A DNA stretch of 64,000 bases, from NCBI GenBank assembly GCA_018238545.1, contig JABCTC010000016.1:10950-74949 (forward strand), read 5' to 3'. A program made the position numbers and the translations under genes. The notes beneath the pieces were generated by a model that worked only from the letters and a program-made list of their open reading frames with translations, had not been told where the DNA came from and searched no databases. The DNA comes from Candidatus Heimdallarchaeota archaeon (GTDB taxonomy: Archaea; Asgardarchaeota; Heimdallarchaeia; Heimdallarchaeales; Heimdallarchaeaceae). Below are positions 47,857 to 58,962 of this stretch, one piece after another (position 1 is the stretch's first letter; each line of letters opens with the position of its first letter).

Positions 47857-49230
47857 ATGAGTGATTACATGTTTTCTGAAAGCTTCCAAACCATGATGGA
47901 TTATGCAGAAAAAGCTCTTGAAGCTAGTTCATTTGATTCTTATGAGATGAGCTGTATTGATAGACTTCATTCTCTTACGCGTTTTGCTAACTCAACGATA
48001 CATCAAAATGTCTCTGACCATACTTATAGATTTATGTTTCGGGCTTCAAAAGGCAAACGTATTGGATCTAATTCTTTAACCACTTTGACAGAAAAGGCAA
48101 TTGACGATACAATAGATCAGTTAACAAATGTGCTCGAATTTGTGCCTGAAATCCCCTTCTTTCAAGGATTTCCAGAAATGAAAAACGATCAAATACCAAA
48201 GGTTATAGCTACAGGAAACCTATTAGATGAGTTTCAGAGGGCAGACATGGTTGAATCAGCTGTAAATTCAGCCGAAGAGGTAGATAAGGATGCCAATTTA
48301 GCTGGATCGGTATACATAACAGATCTACGGTTTCGCATACTTAACTCAAATGCTATTGATTTATCTCATCAGCTTACATACAACGGAATGATTGTTAATT
48401 CACTTACAGAAAAAGAGAACAAGGGATTCGGAAAAGAAGAACAAGTTGTAAGGGATCCATCAGAATTTAATCCAGAAGAACTTGCACGCAAAGCTACAGA
48501 ACTCTCTGTTAGTACATGTTCCGCCAAAGATTACGAACTTGGCGATTATGAGGTAATTTTATCACCGTCAGCTGTTAGTACACTTGTTCGCTTTCTAGCT
48601 TTTGGTTTTAATGGAACAGGGTATCATGAATCTCAGAGTTTTGTAGCTGATCAGATAGGGGCACAAGTATTTGATAAGAAAATTACTCTTCAAGATGATC
48701 CTCTAAATACTGAAACAATTTTAGCGACCCCATTTGATGGAGAAGGAGTAGCTAAAAAACCACTTTATATTGTAGAAGAGGGTGTTCCAAAATCAATTAT
48801 CTACAACAGTTTCACTTCAGCTCGATACCTTAATGATAAGGATCAAACCACAGGACACCAAGTTATACCTTTCTCTGATTATGTTTTTGGATGGGTGATG
48901 CCCAACAATCTTACTCTGTACACAAGAGATTCTTCACTTGTTGAGATGTATGAAGAAACAAAACGAGGGTTTTTCGTAAACCGATTACATTACACAAACT
49001 TTGTTAATAGAAGATTAGGTGCAATTACAGGACTTACAAGAGATGGTTTGCTCTATATCGAAGATGGTGAAATAATCTCTGCGGCAAGGAACTTCCGGTT
49101 TACTGATAAAATATCTGACATCCTCAGTAATGTGCCTCTTATTGGAGATACTCTCGATACAAATATCACAACTAGATGTCCACCATTGAAATTGAATTCT
49201 TTGAAGTTCACTGGAAAAAGCACACATTAA
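47857..49230 (+). CDS. TldD/PmbA family protein (PmbA/TldE-like)
   Basis: TRFANSTIHQN, GDYEVILSP.AV, PFDGEG and TGLTRDG motifs. No HE..GH motif. Confidence 0.9.
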   Translation: MSDYMFSESFQTMMDYAEKALEASSFDSYEMSCIDRLHSLTRFANSTIHQNVSDHTYRFMFRASKGKRIGSNSLTTLTEKAIDDTIDQLTNVLEFVPEIPFFQGFPEMKNDQIPKVIATGNLLDEFQRADMVESAVNSAEEVDKDANLAGSVYITDLRFRILNSNAIDLSHQLTYNGMIVNSLTEKENKGFGKEEQVVRDPSEFNPEELARKATELSVSTCSAKDYELGDYEVILSPSAVSTLVRFLAFGFNGTGYHESQSFVADQIGAQVFDKKITLQDDPLNTETILATPFDGEGVAKKPLYIVEEGVPKSIIYNSFTSARYLNDKDQTTGHQVIPFSDYVFGWVMPNNLTLYTRDSSLVEMYEETKRGFFVNRLHYTNFVNRRLGAITGLTRDGLLYIEDGEIISAARNFRFTDKISDILSNVPLIGDTLDTNITTRCPPLKLNSLKFTGKSTH

Positions 49231-49276
49231 CTTTGGATTATTTGGTAAACTTGTAACTCATTGTATATACAGGTAG

Positions 49277-50248
49277 ATGTGTATGTTAAACAAGGTAGAA
49301 GAAACATATAATAGAATAAAAGATAGAATTAATCAAACACCAGTTATGAAATCTTCAACTCTTAATGAAATGCTAAACTGCAATTGCTATTTCAAACTTG
49401 AAAACTTCCAAAAAACTGGTTCTTTTAAAATTCGAGGAGCTCTCAACGCATTAACTAATCTTACACCTGAGCTAAAAGATAAAGGAGTTACTACACACTC
49501 TTCAGGTAACTTTGCTCAAGCACTCTCTCTAGCATCATCTTTAGCTGAAGTGAAAGCCGTAGTTGTTATGCCAGAAAATGCCCCTAAGATCAAAGTTGCG
49601 GCCACTAAAAATTATGGTGCAGAAGTAATATTTTGTGGCAATAAATCAGGAGATAGAGAAAAAGCTGTTCAAGAGCTCATCGATAAATATGGTTATACTT
49701 TGATCCATTCATCCAACGACATAGATATAATTTACGGCCAAGGAACAGCCACATACGAGTTGATAAAAGAAGTAGGTAAATTGGACTATGTTTTTGCTCC
49801 TTGTGGAGGAGCAGGATTACTTTCAGGAACAGCAATAGCTGCTAAAAGCCTAAACAAAGAAACAAAAGTAATCGGTGTTGAACCTAAAAATGCAGATGAT
49901 GCGTACAGATCCTTGAGAGATGGTAGAATTTACCCTTCTATAGACCCCAAAACCATCGCAGATGGTTTAAAAACACAACTTGGCGATATTACTTTCAAAA
50001 TAGTACAAGAATATGTAGATGAAATAATAACAATAACTGAAGAAGAAATTGTTGATGCAATGGAATTCCTATGGTCAAGAATGAAATTGGTTGTTGAACC
50101 TTCAGGAGCGGTTTCTCTAGCGGGGGTGATGTCAGGAAAAATAGAAGTTCAATCAAAAAATGTTGGTATAATAATCTCCGGAGGCAATACAGACCTAACA
50201 GACTACTTCGAAGGTTGGAGAGAGAAAGTAGAAAAATTGAAACTCTAA
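49277..50248 (+). CDS. Threonine/serine dehydratase (serine-racemase-like), PLP fold II
   Basis: KLENFQKTGSFKIRGA, SSGNFAQ, GGAGLLSG and VEPSGA motifs. No ACT domain. Confidence 0.92.
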   Translation: MCMLNKVEETYNRIKDRINQTPVMKSSTLNEMLNCNCYFKLENFQKTGSFKIRGALNALTNLTPELKDKGVTTHSSGNFAQALSLASSLAEVKAVVVMPENAPKIKVAATKNYGAEVIFCGNKSGDREKAVQELIDKYGYTLIHSSNDIDIIYGQGTATYELIKEVGKLDYVFAPCGGAGLLSGTAIAAKSLNKETKVIGVEPKNADDAYRSLRDGRIYPSIDPKTIADGLKTQLGDITFKIVQEYVDEIITITEEEIVDAMEFLWSRMKLVVEPSGAVSLAGVMSGKIEVQSKNVGIIISGGNTDLTDYFEGWREKVEKLKL

Positions 50249-50290
50249 TTTAGATATTGTAAAAAAGAAAAAGAAAAAGAAAGAAAGGAT

Positions 50291-52711
50291 TTATGGTGTT
50301 TTTGATTTAATCTTTGGAACTATTACTTTTATGACTAACGCAGCAATACCACCAGCTACAACAAGACCAGCTGCAATAGATATACCGATTATAGCACCAG
50401 TAGAAAGACCGCCTAATGATGTGAAATCAATAGGCTTAATCTCTGTACAATTGTACGGAATAAATTCTATTGAAAATGTTCCATTGTAACCTGCGTGATT
50501 CACGCTAAACATGAAAATTAAATTGGGCGAGTATACACCAAATTCTACTTCCCATGTTACTTGCGAGAAATTAGAAGAATCATATTGTCTGAAGAAAGTA
50601 CCGTCAAAAGAATCAAGATAGTAATATTCATTCCAGACAGCACTTCTATAGAAGTAACTAGGTCTAATAGAATCAGGATTATCGTAGGTATAATACGTAC
50701 TATCACGTGTTCCATTGACTATAACAATCTTAATCTTATACCAAGTTAATTCTGGAACTGTAGCGTTAAAGAGGTATAAATCTCGATCATTAACAACATC
50801 TGTAAAGCTAGTAGAGTACGATCCTTCTCCAATTCCTGAAAGATTAGCATCGATGAAGTGAACATTTGTATTGTCAAAAGCTTCTGGTTTGCCAGGATCT
50901 TCTCTGATTCTTAGCAGGACTGATGTTTGGTTTACATAAGCATCTCCTTTAGTGGGCCAACTATAACCAGTATTATTGCAAACGTCTCTGATATATATTA
51001 ACAGATAACGCACACTATTTGGTCGAATTGTGAAAAATTCCAATGCTTGAGAATTATTACTTGGATATGCTTGGAATATTCCATCATCTTCTTGATTACC
51101 TAACACAAAATTACTTGTGTATGTATTTTTAGCGTAATCACCCACAAATAGCTGGTAAGATAAGTCAACTGTATAGTTATTTTGCATAGTCATACTGAAA
51201 TTGTAATTAACAAACGCAAAATTTGCCATTTCAAATTTGAGAAGTTTGTAATTTGATACATCTCCATTCTCCTGTTCCAAATTGAAAGACATTGATGTAG
51301 TGTTAAACAACTCGAAATCAATCGCATTAAACTCAAGGTTGAAGTCATAGCTACTGATAACAGGTCTAAGGAAGGAATAGTATCCTGGATCAAGCATAAT
51401 TTTAGCAGCGTCTTCACCGTATTGTTCTAAATCATAACTTTGACCTCTCATTAAACCAGATTCCTCATGTTTAACTAACCAAACATCTGTTGTTCCGCCT
51501 AGAGAATAGTTTAGATAAATCATTTGTTTTTGCTCAATATTGATTCCAAAATTAATCATATCGTCTTGGTATTGATATTGTTGTCCTTCTTCTAGAAGTG
51601 GAACTTCAATGTCTCTAATGGATAATAGGTAATCAAATTCAATATAATCTATATTATCTGTTTCAGCTGTTATATAGACCAAAACTTGTGTATCAAATTC
51701 GAAGTGTAAATCAAATTTTTCAAATGATCCAGTACCTAAAGTAAAGTCCAAGAAACTGTAGTATGAACCTTCTTCATAATATACTAAAGGTACTACAATA
51801 TGAGCCCTTGTAGTTATTGAGTTATCAAATCTTATATATTTGAATTGATAATCTCCTTGAGACACATCAAAATAGTACGCGTGAACAGTTTCTTTCTTCA
51901 GATTATCTTCAAAGAGATTCTTTGTTTCATTCCAGATTAGATCAGGTTTGTTTAGGAAATACCCTGAAACCGGGATATTAACAGATCCTCTCGAAACAGA
52001 AATGTCTCTCGGCTTAATTATTATGTAGTTATCAGACGAGGAATAGAAAAACAGTTCATAATCACCTCTTCCTCTTGAAGCTAGTAGTTGTACATCTCTA
52101 GAAATACCATTTATCGTATCTGCAGCTGCTAACTGTTCTTCAAAGTAGAAATAATAAGTGAGTGAATCAGTTGTTTTAATATTCAGATCATATATATCAT
52201 CAGCTTTCAAAGTAACAATATATCTGTAAAGAACCTCAGCTTCCAATTCAAGTGCAGTTTCTTTGTTAAGGAGGAGTTCTCCTTGATTTTTTACACCAAC
52301 AGTGAAATTAAGATTTGGTCCTGTACCTGTATTATTGAATGCCTGGATATAAGTTGGGAAATTTATCCATTTATCGTCTTCCTTCACAAATTGATTATTG
52401 CTTTGATAGTAAAGTGAAGTAAAAGACGCTCGGAAATCTTTAGAGCTATTCGCCATATTTTGTGTTGTTGACCCAAGTGGTTCCCTGACATATCTTATAT
52501 CTGTATCATATTGTGCTTCTAAATACTGATTTTCCATTGCATGATTACCGGTTAATACTCCATAACCTGTGTTATCATACTCCTGTAAAGTCACTGTTTG
52601 TGTTACATCCCAGTCATAAGCTTTAGTTCTAACAGAGGAAAAACTTGAAGAGATAAACAATATAACAACGACTAAACTTAGTAAGGTTAATCTTTGTTGA
52701 TTTCTTTTCAT
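50291..52711 (-). CDS. Large exported surface protein with C-terminal TM anchor
   Basis: Signal peptide, Y/N/D-rich beta body with many N-x-S/T sequons, and GLSTGAIIGISIAAG TM. Confidence 0.8.
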   Translation of the reverse strand: MKRNQQRLTLLSLVVVILFISSSFSSVRTKAYDWDVTQTVTLQEYDNTGYGVLTGNHAMENQYLEAQYDTDIRYVREPLGSTTQNMANSSKDFRASFTSLYYQSNNQFVKEDDKWINFPTYIQAFNNTGTGPNLNFTVGVKNQGELLLNKETALELEAEVLYRYIVTLKADDIYDLNIKTTDSLTYYFYFEEQLAAADTINGISRDVQLLASRGRGDYELFFYSSSDNYIIIKPRDISVSRGSVNIPVSGYFLNKPDLIWNETKNLFEDNLKKETVHAYYFDVSQGDYQFKYIRFDNSITTRAHIVVPLVYYEEGSYYSFLDFTLGTGSFEKFDLHFEFDTQVLVYITAETDNIDYIEFDYLLSIRDIEVPLLEEGQQYQYQDDMINFGINIEQKQMIYLNYSLGGTTDVWLVKHEESGLMRGQSYDLEQYGEDAAKIMLDPGYYSFLRPVISSYDFNLEFNAIDFELFNTTSMSFNLEQENGDVSNYKLLKFEMANFAFVNYNFSMTMQNNYTVDLSYQLFVGDYAKNTYTSNFVLGNQEDDGIFQAYPSNNSQALEFFTIRPNSVRYLLIYIRDVCNNTGYSWPTKGDAYVNQTSVLLRIREDPGKPEAFDNTNVHFIDANLSGIGEGSYSTSFTDVVNDRDLYLFNATVPELTWYKIKIVIVNGTRDSTYYTYDNPDSIRPSYFYRSAVWNEYYYLDSFDGTFFRQYDSSNFSQVTWEVEFGVYSPNLIFMFSVNHAGYNGTFSIEFIPYNCTEIKPIDFTSLGGLSTGAIIGISIAAGLVVAGGIAALVIKVIVPKIKSKTP

Positions 52712-52813
52712 TTAAATCAAAGAAACGTATATTTATTTGACTAAAAAAGCATTATGTTTCTTTCCATGTCAATTTGTTGAATAACTCTGCTTTGAGCTCT
52801 TGAAGAAACGCTT

Positions 52814-53221
52814 TTAGCCACCACTTACATGAACATATCTTGGTTGAATTTTCACTAATACTCTAACTTCTCCCTCTTGAAGAGGGTATTCTGGTCTACC
52901 AAAGTATCGTTCTGAGAGTTTATTGATATGCTTATGAGCACCATTTTCAGTTACTTCTATTACTTCTCCTTGAATAGCAATGTAGCGATAAGGATTAGAT
53001 TGATCTAATACATTAATAGCAACTTTTGCTCCCTTAGACATGTTTCGAGCCTTCTTTCTACCTCTAGCTGTATTCACCAAGATATGGTTATTTAATTTAT
53101 CATAATCTATCCACATTGGTGTTACTTGAGGAGAACCATCAGGATTAATGGTAGCTACACTAGCTACATTTTTACTCAGTAATAAATCATGAAACGCTTC
53201 ATTTATCTTCATTATTATCAA
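52814..53221 (-). CDS. PPOX-class (putative F420-dependent) oxidoreductase
   Basis: ATINPDGSPQVTPMW, NTARGRKK and NPYRY motifs. Confidence 0.9.
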   Translation of the reverse strand: MIIMKINEAFHDLLLSKNVASVATINPDGSPQVTPMWIDYDKLNNHILVNTARGRKKARNMSKGAKVAINVLDQSNPYRYIAIQGEVIEVTENGAHKHINKLSERYFGRPEYPLQEGEVRVLVKIQPRYVHVSGG

Positions 53222-53267
53222 ATAACAGCTATCTAAATTTCTAATAAACCTAGGTTATTTACAAAAT

Positions 53268-54683
53268 TCATTTGGATACATTGTTTAAATTCTGTGGATT
53301 TACATTTGCAAATCTGTAAAATTTCGTGTAAATGACAATCAAAGTAGTTGTTATTAAGAGAAAAATGCCTGAACCTGTCATTGTGATAACAACTCCAATA
53401 GTATCAGCAGTTATACCAGAAAGTGAGAAACATATGACTGTGAAAACTTGTATGTAAGCATTTACAACACTATATGCTCTTCCTCGTACTTCATTTGGAA
53501 CATTTTCTGCAAATAACGCATTAATTGCTAAGCTGAACATACCATTTAGAACACCCATTACAAAACCTATAATCAAAATTGCAAAAAATCCTGGTTGGAA
53601 GAGGAAAGAGAAATAATAACCGGCAATAGCGACTGAGCCGAGAAAGATAGCTATTGGTCTCCCTATGATTTTCTCTAAAGCACCGAAAGACAATGTCCCT
53701 ATAATTGACCCTAGAGCTATAACAGCACCAATGTATCCATATTCAATATCAGCCAAATCTTTCAAACCATTTCTGAAAAGAGGATTAAATATACGAAACG
53801 TGTTTTCTGGCGTATTAAAATACTGAATGGCAATTGCATTGAAACGTATTTCATAAAGATATGGAAGTAATAAGGGGCCTGCGAAAGCTGTTCCAATTAT
53901 TAAAAACGTGAACATTAAGATAAGTAATCTAACTATCTTGTTTTTCAGGAGAAAAACTACACCTTCTTTGAAATCAGAGAGAACTGTTTTGAATGTAAGT
54001 AATTCATTTTTATCTCTCGAAGCGGAAGGGATGTCTATGATAACAAGTATCAAAGCAGATACAAAGAAGCAACCACTGGTTATCCAAAATGTTGATGCCT
54101 TAAAAACAATATAAAGCGGAGCAGCAAAAAGTGGACCTATAACTGCTAAGGTTTGAAAAACTAATTGACTTAACGAAATTGCTTTTACATATAATCTCAT
54201 ACCTGTAATCTCAGGTATTGCAGCGGATCTAGGTGCAACAAAAGTTGCAGAAGCGGCACCTAAAATAAAAGCTATAGCAGCAATTCCATAGATGTTTGAT
54301 ATGAAGGGGAGGGTCAATACAGCTAAACCTCGTACAATATCAGCCCCAATCATCAATGCTTTTCTACTAATTCTGTCTGCAAATACCCCTGCGATTGGTC
54401 CGATTATAATCCAAGGTATAGTTTGAGCTGCTAGGATTAGAGTCATTGATGTAATAGATAAAGTGATCTCGTAAACATACAATTGTATCGCAATGCGAAA
54501 CACCGCATCTCCAAAATTGCTGAAGAATTGTCCAGATAGAAGTTTCATGAAATTCTTGTTCTTAAAAACCTCGCCATAAGTAGGTTCTTTGTGAGATGCT
54601 TCATCCAAAACCTTACTCTTGGAATCAACAGATGAACCTACAATTTTTTCTGGGGGGTCATAATCATCATCCATTGAATCCAC
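53268..54683 (-). CDS. MFS transporter (DHA3/MefA-like)
   Basis: GQFFSNFGD, GVFADRISRK and VPNEVRGR motifs. Confidence 0.92.
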   Translation of the reverse strand: MDSMDDDYDPPEKIVGSSVDSKSKVLDEASHKEPTYGEVFKNKNFMKLLSGQFFSNFGDAVFRIAIQLYVYEITLSITSMTLILAAQTIPWIIIGPIAGVFADRISRKALMIGADIVRGLAVLTLPFISNIYGIAAIAFILGAASATFVAPRSAAIPEITGMRLYVKAISLSQLVFQTLAVIGPLFAAPLYIVFKASTFWITSGCFFVSALILVIIDIPSASRDKNELLTFKTVLSDFKEGVVFLLKNKIVRLLILMFTFLIIGTAFAGPLLLPYLYEIRFNAIAIQYFNTPENTFRIFNPLFRNGLKDLADIEYGYIGAVIALGSIIGTLSFGALEKIIGRPIAIFLGSVAIAGYYFSFLFQPGFFAILIIGFVMGVLNGMFSLAINALFAENVPNEVRGRAYSVVNAYIQVFTVICFSLSGITADTIGVVITMTGSGIFLLITTTLIVIYTKFYRFANVNPQNLNNVSK

Positions 54684-54811
54684 GTTTTAAAATTATGTTA
54701 AACGGGAAATACCTAACACTTATAAATTTGATGTAATTATTCTGAGGTTGATACTCGAGAATATTTTCTCTATTGAAAAACTTAATAAATAGTTATAATG
54801 CAGTCCATATA

Positions 54812-54979
54812 GGAGACCAAAATGGGGTATCGTTTTCTTCTTAACTAAAAGGAAGGATGATTGCTTTAGAGGTCTTCAGGTTTTTTGTGCCTTTTACAGT
54901 AAAATTATATCAATAAGTAACTCTTTTAATACAATGTTTTGGTTTTTTATAAAAACACGTGGTGCTAGCTGTATTAGAA
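54812..54979 (+). promoter_or_regulatory. Candidate structured 5' leader (or small RNA) upstream of leuS
   Basis: Long G-U-rich hairpin at 54812-54877 and a second stem-loop at 54924-54979, downstream of a TATA-like sequence at ~54781-54797. Confidence 0.45.
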
Positions 54980-55015
54980 ACAATAAAACTAACACAATTC
55001 TAGGTGAATTAAAAA

Positions 55016-57943
55016 ATGACTTTTCTGGATGAAATACGTCAAATTGAAAAAAAATGGCAGAAAAAATGGCAAGAAGATCAGATTTTCGTTGGAAAAATAG
55101 ATCACTCCAGACCTAAATGGTTTATTACATTACCTTATCCCTATGCCTCTGGAGCATTTCATCTAGGCCATGCAAGAACTTACAATTTAGGAGATGTTAT
55201 TACTAGATTTAAAAGACAACGGGGGAACAACGTACTATGGCCTATGGCTTTTCATATCACTGGAACTCCTGTTCTTTCAGTATCATGGAAAATCAAGAAT
55301 AAAGACGAAAAAGAATGGCAAAAATACCGTGATTACGTTTCAATTTATGAGAATGATAAAAAGAAAATTGATGAAGCAGTCGCTACATTTGAAAAACCTG
55401 AAAATGTTGCAACATATTTCGCTAACAAAATAATCAATGATTTTCTTGGGATGGGGTTCTCAATAGATGATACTAAACAGTTTACCACTGGTGATTTAGA
55501 ATATAATAAATTCATTGAATGGCAATATGGTATTCTCAACGATAAGAATCTTATCACGAAAGGAGCATATCCAATTCTTTGGTGCGTAAATGACAAAAAT
55601 GCTGTCGGTGAAGACGACATCAAAGATGGTGATGAGGTTAAAGTCGAGGTTAACGAGTTTGTTGGTATTAAATTTGAACTCGATAATGGAACATTTCTTG
55701 TAGCAGCTACTTTAAGACCTGAAACTATCTTCGGAGCAACCAACATTTGGATTCATCCTGATGCTGATTATGAAGAAATACAAATTGATAACGAAAGATG
55801 GATTGTCTCTGAAGAAGCAACCATAAAACTCATGGAACAAGATCATAAGATTGATGTTCGAAGGAAGTTGAAAGGAAAAGAACTTGTTAATCAAGAAGCC
55901 ACCGTTCCAATAACTGAGTCGAAAATTCCCATATATCCTGCAACATTTGTTGATACAGATCATGCAACAGGAATAGTATATAGTGTTCCAGCACATGCCC
56001 CCTATGATTATGCAGCACTAGCAGATCTACAACAAGATGAAGAAACAATTAAAGATTATAATCTTAATAGAGATTTACTGAGAGAGATCAAACCAATATC
56101 ACTAATTACAGTCAAAGGATATGGTGAGTTTCCTGCAGTAGAATTGTGTAAAAAATTTGGTGTCAAGAGTCAGAAGGACAGAGATAAATTAGAAAAAGCC
56201 ACTCAAACAATTTACAAAGATGAATTCTATTCCGGTATAATGAGAGAGAACACTGGAGAGTTTAAAGGGTTAAAAGTAGAAAAGGCAAAGGATGTTGTTG
56301 CTGATAAATTAAGATCTAACAATCTGGCAGCTGAAATATACGAAACCTCAAGAAAAGCTTTTTGTCGTTGTGGAGCTCAAGTCATAGTAGCTGTTTTGCA
56401 AGAACAGTATTTCCTAAATTATGGAGATGAAAAATGGAAAGAAACAGCTTTCAAAGCATTAAATTCTATGAGTATTATACCTGAAAAATATCGTTTAACA
56501 TTCGAAAATACCTTTAATTGGTTAGATAAGAGACCATGTGTCAGAAAGAGAGGTTTAGGCACTGAGTTTCCTTTAACAAAAGGTGAAGGTTGGATTATAG
56601 AATCTTTAAGTGATTCTGTCATTTATATGGCATTTTACACAGTAATCCAAATTATAAAAGAAAATCAAATCAAACCCGAACAGTTAAAGCCAGAGTTGTT
56701 TGATTTTGTTTTCTTAGACAAAGGAAGTATAGAAAAGGTGATGAAAAGCACAGCAATTTCGGAAGGTTCTATCAAAAAAATGAAGGAATCATTTGAATAT
56801 TGGTATCCAAATGATTTCCGTCATACAGCAATAACACATATCTCTAACCATCTTTCGTTTACCATTTTCCATCATGTAGCTATTTTCCCAGAAAAATATT
56901 GGGTTAAAGCTTTTTCACTAAATGAAAACTTGATTAATAATGGTGAAGCAATGAGTAAAAGTAAAGGAAATGTAATCCCAATTGCGCATATACCAGAAAA
57001 ATACAGTGTAGATTTGACAAGGTTACATCTAGCATCCGTTGCGACAGCTGATTCAGTATTAGATTGGAGAGAAGCTGAGGTTAATTATGCTCAACAGCGG
57101 TTAAAGAGGTTCTGGGAATATGCAACAAGTGTAACAAGCGTCGAGAAAAAGGCGATTGATCTCTCATTTCCTTCAAAGATACTAGTATCTTCAGTTAATT
57201 CAAATCTGAAAAAAGCTCTAGATGCAATGGAAAATTACAATGTTCGAGATTTCATATTAAATGCGTTTTTCACTAATTTACGAGCAATAGATGACTATGT
57301 AAAATTAGCAGAACATATCCAAAAAGAAGAAACAGAAATTGTTCTAAGGACAATTATTGAAAAAATGGTTCTCATCATGTCACCTGTTATCCCTCATCTA
57401 TGTGAAGAACTATATGAGAGGATGAAAAATGCGCAATATGTTTCATTAGCTGAAATTCCTGACATAACCGTTAGTGAAGAGGACAAGTCGTATGCTTTAC
57501 AAGCAAAGTATTTGGCAAATTTACAAGAAGATATAGAACAAGTAATCAAATTGGTGAAATCAACTCCTAAGAAGATTCATATCTACATTAACGCTGAGTG
57601 GAAGAACAAGTTATATTATTTAGCTAAACTGATTTTCGAAGATGAAGCAGTTAACATTGGTAAAATTATGGCAGAAGCAAAACAGGTCACTGAACTAAGT
57701 AATAATATGAAAGATGTATCAGACATTGCTAAACAAATGATGAAAAATCCAAGCGTCTTCAGAATAGAAATGATTAGTTCCTCACAACAAAAGAGTGCTG
57801 TAGAAGAATACAAAGAGTTTCTGAGTCGAATCTTCAATGGAGCTGAGATAGTCATTCATGTTGAAAATCAAGAAGTGAGCTATGATCCTCAAAATAAAGC
57901 TAGAAAATCTCGACCGATGAAACCTGCGTTACTGTTGGAGTGA
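55016..57943 (+). CDS. leuS: Leucine--tRNA ligase (archaeal/eukaryotic type)
   Basis: PYPYASGAFHLGH, ATLRPETIFG, IESLSDSVIYMA and AMSKSKGN motifs. Confidence 0.97.
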   Translation: MTFLDEIRQIEKKWQKKWQEDQIFVGKIDHSRPKWFITLPYPYASGAFHLGHARTYNLGDVITRFKRQRGNNVLWPMAFHITGTPVLSVSWKIKNKDEKEWQKYRDYVSIYENDKKKIDEAVATFEKPENVATYFANKIINDFLGMGFSIDDTKQFTTGDLEYNKFIEWQYGILNDKNLITKGAYPILWCVNDKNAVGEDDIKDGDEVKVEVNEFVGIKFELDNGTFLVAATLRPETIFGATNIWIHPDADYEEIQIDNERWIVSEEATIKLMEQDHKIDVRRKLKGKELVNQEATVPITESKIPIYPATFVDTDHATGIVYSVPAHAPYDYAALADLQQDEETIKDYNLNRDLLREIKPISLITVKGYGEFPAVELCKKFGVKSQKDRDKLEKATQTIYKDEFYSGIMRENTGEFKGLKVEKAKDVVADKLRSNNLAAEIYETSRKAFCRCGAQVIVAVLQEQYFLNYGDEKWKETAFKALNSMSIIPEKYRLTFENTFNWLDKRPCVRKRGLGTEFPLTKGEGWIIESLSDSVIYMAFYTVIQIIKENQIKPEQLKPELFDFVFLDKGSIEKVMKSTAISEGSIKKMKESFEYWYPNDFRHTAITHISNHLSFTIFHHVAIFPEKYWVKAFSLNENLINNGEAMSKSKGNVIPIAHIPEKYSVDLTRLHLASVATADSVLDWREAEVNYAQQRLKRFWEYATSVTSVEKKAIDLSFPSKILVSSVNSNLKKALDAMENYNVRDFILNAFFTNLRAIDDYVKLAEHIQKEETEIVLRTIIEKMVLIMSPVIPHLCEELYERMKNAQYVSLAEIPDITVSEEDKSYALQAKYLANLQEDIEQVIKLVKSTPKKIHIYINAEWKNKLYYLAKLIFEDEAVNIGKIMAEAKQVTELSNNMKDVSDIAKQMMKNPSVFRIEMISSSQQKSAVEEYKEFLSRIFNGAEIVIHVENQEVSYDPQNKARKSRPMKPALLLE

Positions 57944-58226
57944 ATTTACTAGAGAGAACTGGAAAACTGAAAAAAATAAGTTGAAAAACCACATTCTCAA
58001 TTTTTCTATTTTCGCCTCTATATCCAGAATTTGATGTTCTTTCGCCATATAATATTGCTCAATGGATATATTTTTAAGTAATCACTAGAGAAAGAGTTTG
58101 CACATTGGGGCAGTTACAAAAACAGGCTAATATTATATGCTGATAGAAACACAGAAAGGTTAAATATAGCGCATAAATAATAAAGTTGTAACTACTAAAA
58201 ACCCTTCTACGCATGAGGATGAACGA

Positions 58227-58910
58227 ATGATGTTACCCAATTCGAAAATCGACGGAATTACCTTAAAAAAAATGATGATTACTGCTGCAAGTAACTTGGA
58301 GCAAACCAAAGAAGAAATTAACTCAATAAATGTATTCCCAATACCTGATGGAGATACTGGTGTTAATTTATTTTTAACAATTAGAACTGTTGTAGAGCAG
58401 TTTAATGAAATTAATCCTTCCTCTATACAAGAAGCAGCACAACTTATTACAAAAGGGAGTTTTCTAGGAGCTAAAGGAAATTCAGGAGTTATTATCTCCC
58501 AATTTTTCCAAGGTTTTAGCTCTGAAGTTGAAGAACATGATGAAGTAGGAATTGAAGAATTCGCTAATGCATTAGAAGCAGGAAGTGAATGGGCATATGA
58601 GGCAGTACTACATCCTACCGAGGGAACTATTTTAACAGTTATCAAAGATACCGCAGCAAAAGCTAAAACTATTGCAGCCAAGGGCGGAGATTGGACAGAA
58701 ATGATTACAGAAACTTATGCAACAGCTCTCAAATCATTAGAAAACACTCCAAATCTTTTACCTGTATTAAAAGAAGCTGGAGTTGTTGATGCTGGAGCAA
58801 TGGGATTTGTTAATGTCTGGTTAGGTTGGTGTTTCCAACTGATGGATAGTCTAGGCATTAAAATTGCTCATATCACAGAAGAATTCGAAAAATTACAAAA
58901 TGGCAACTAA
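58227..58910 (+). CDS. Stand-alone DAK2/DhaL domain (FakA-type N-terminal domain)
   Basis: INVFPIPDGDTG, GAKGNSG, EGTILTV and GVVDAGA motifs. Confidence 0.9.
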   Translation: MMLPNSKIDGITLKKMMITAASNLEQTKEEINSINVFPIPDGDTGVNLFLTIRTVVEQFNEINPSSIQEAAQLITKGSFLGAKGNSGVIISQFFQGFSSEVEEHDEVGIEEFANALEAGSEWAYEAVLHPTEGTILTVIKDTAAKAKTIAAKGGDWTEMITETYATALKSLENTPNLLPVLKEAGVVDAGAMGFVNVWLGWCFQLMDSLGIKIAHITEEFEKLQNGN

Positions 58911-58962
58911 GTGCCACTTTTCTTTACTTTAATTTGAAAAAAGAATAGAGCTGTTAAATCAG

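Noticed and set aside
49262-49271. TGTATATACA palindrome resembling a HutC operator
   Set aside because: Far from the hut genes, no HutC in the window, and AT-rich palindromes arise by chance.
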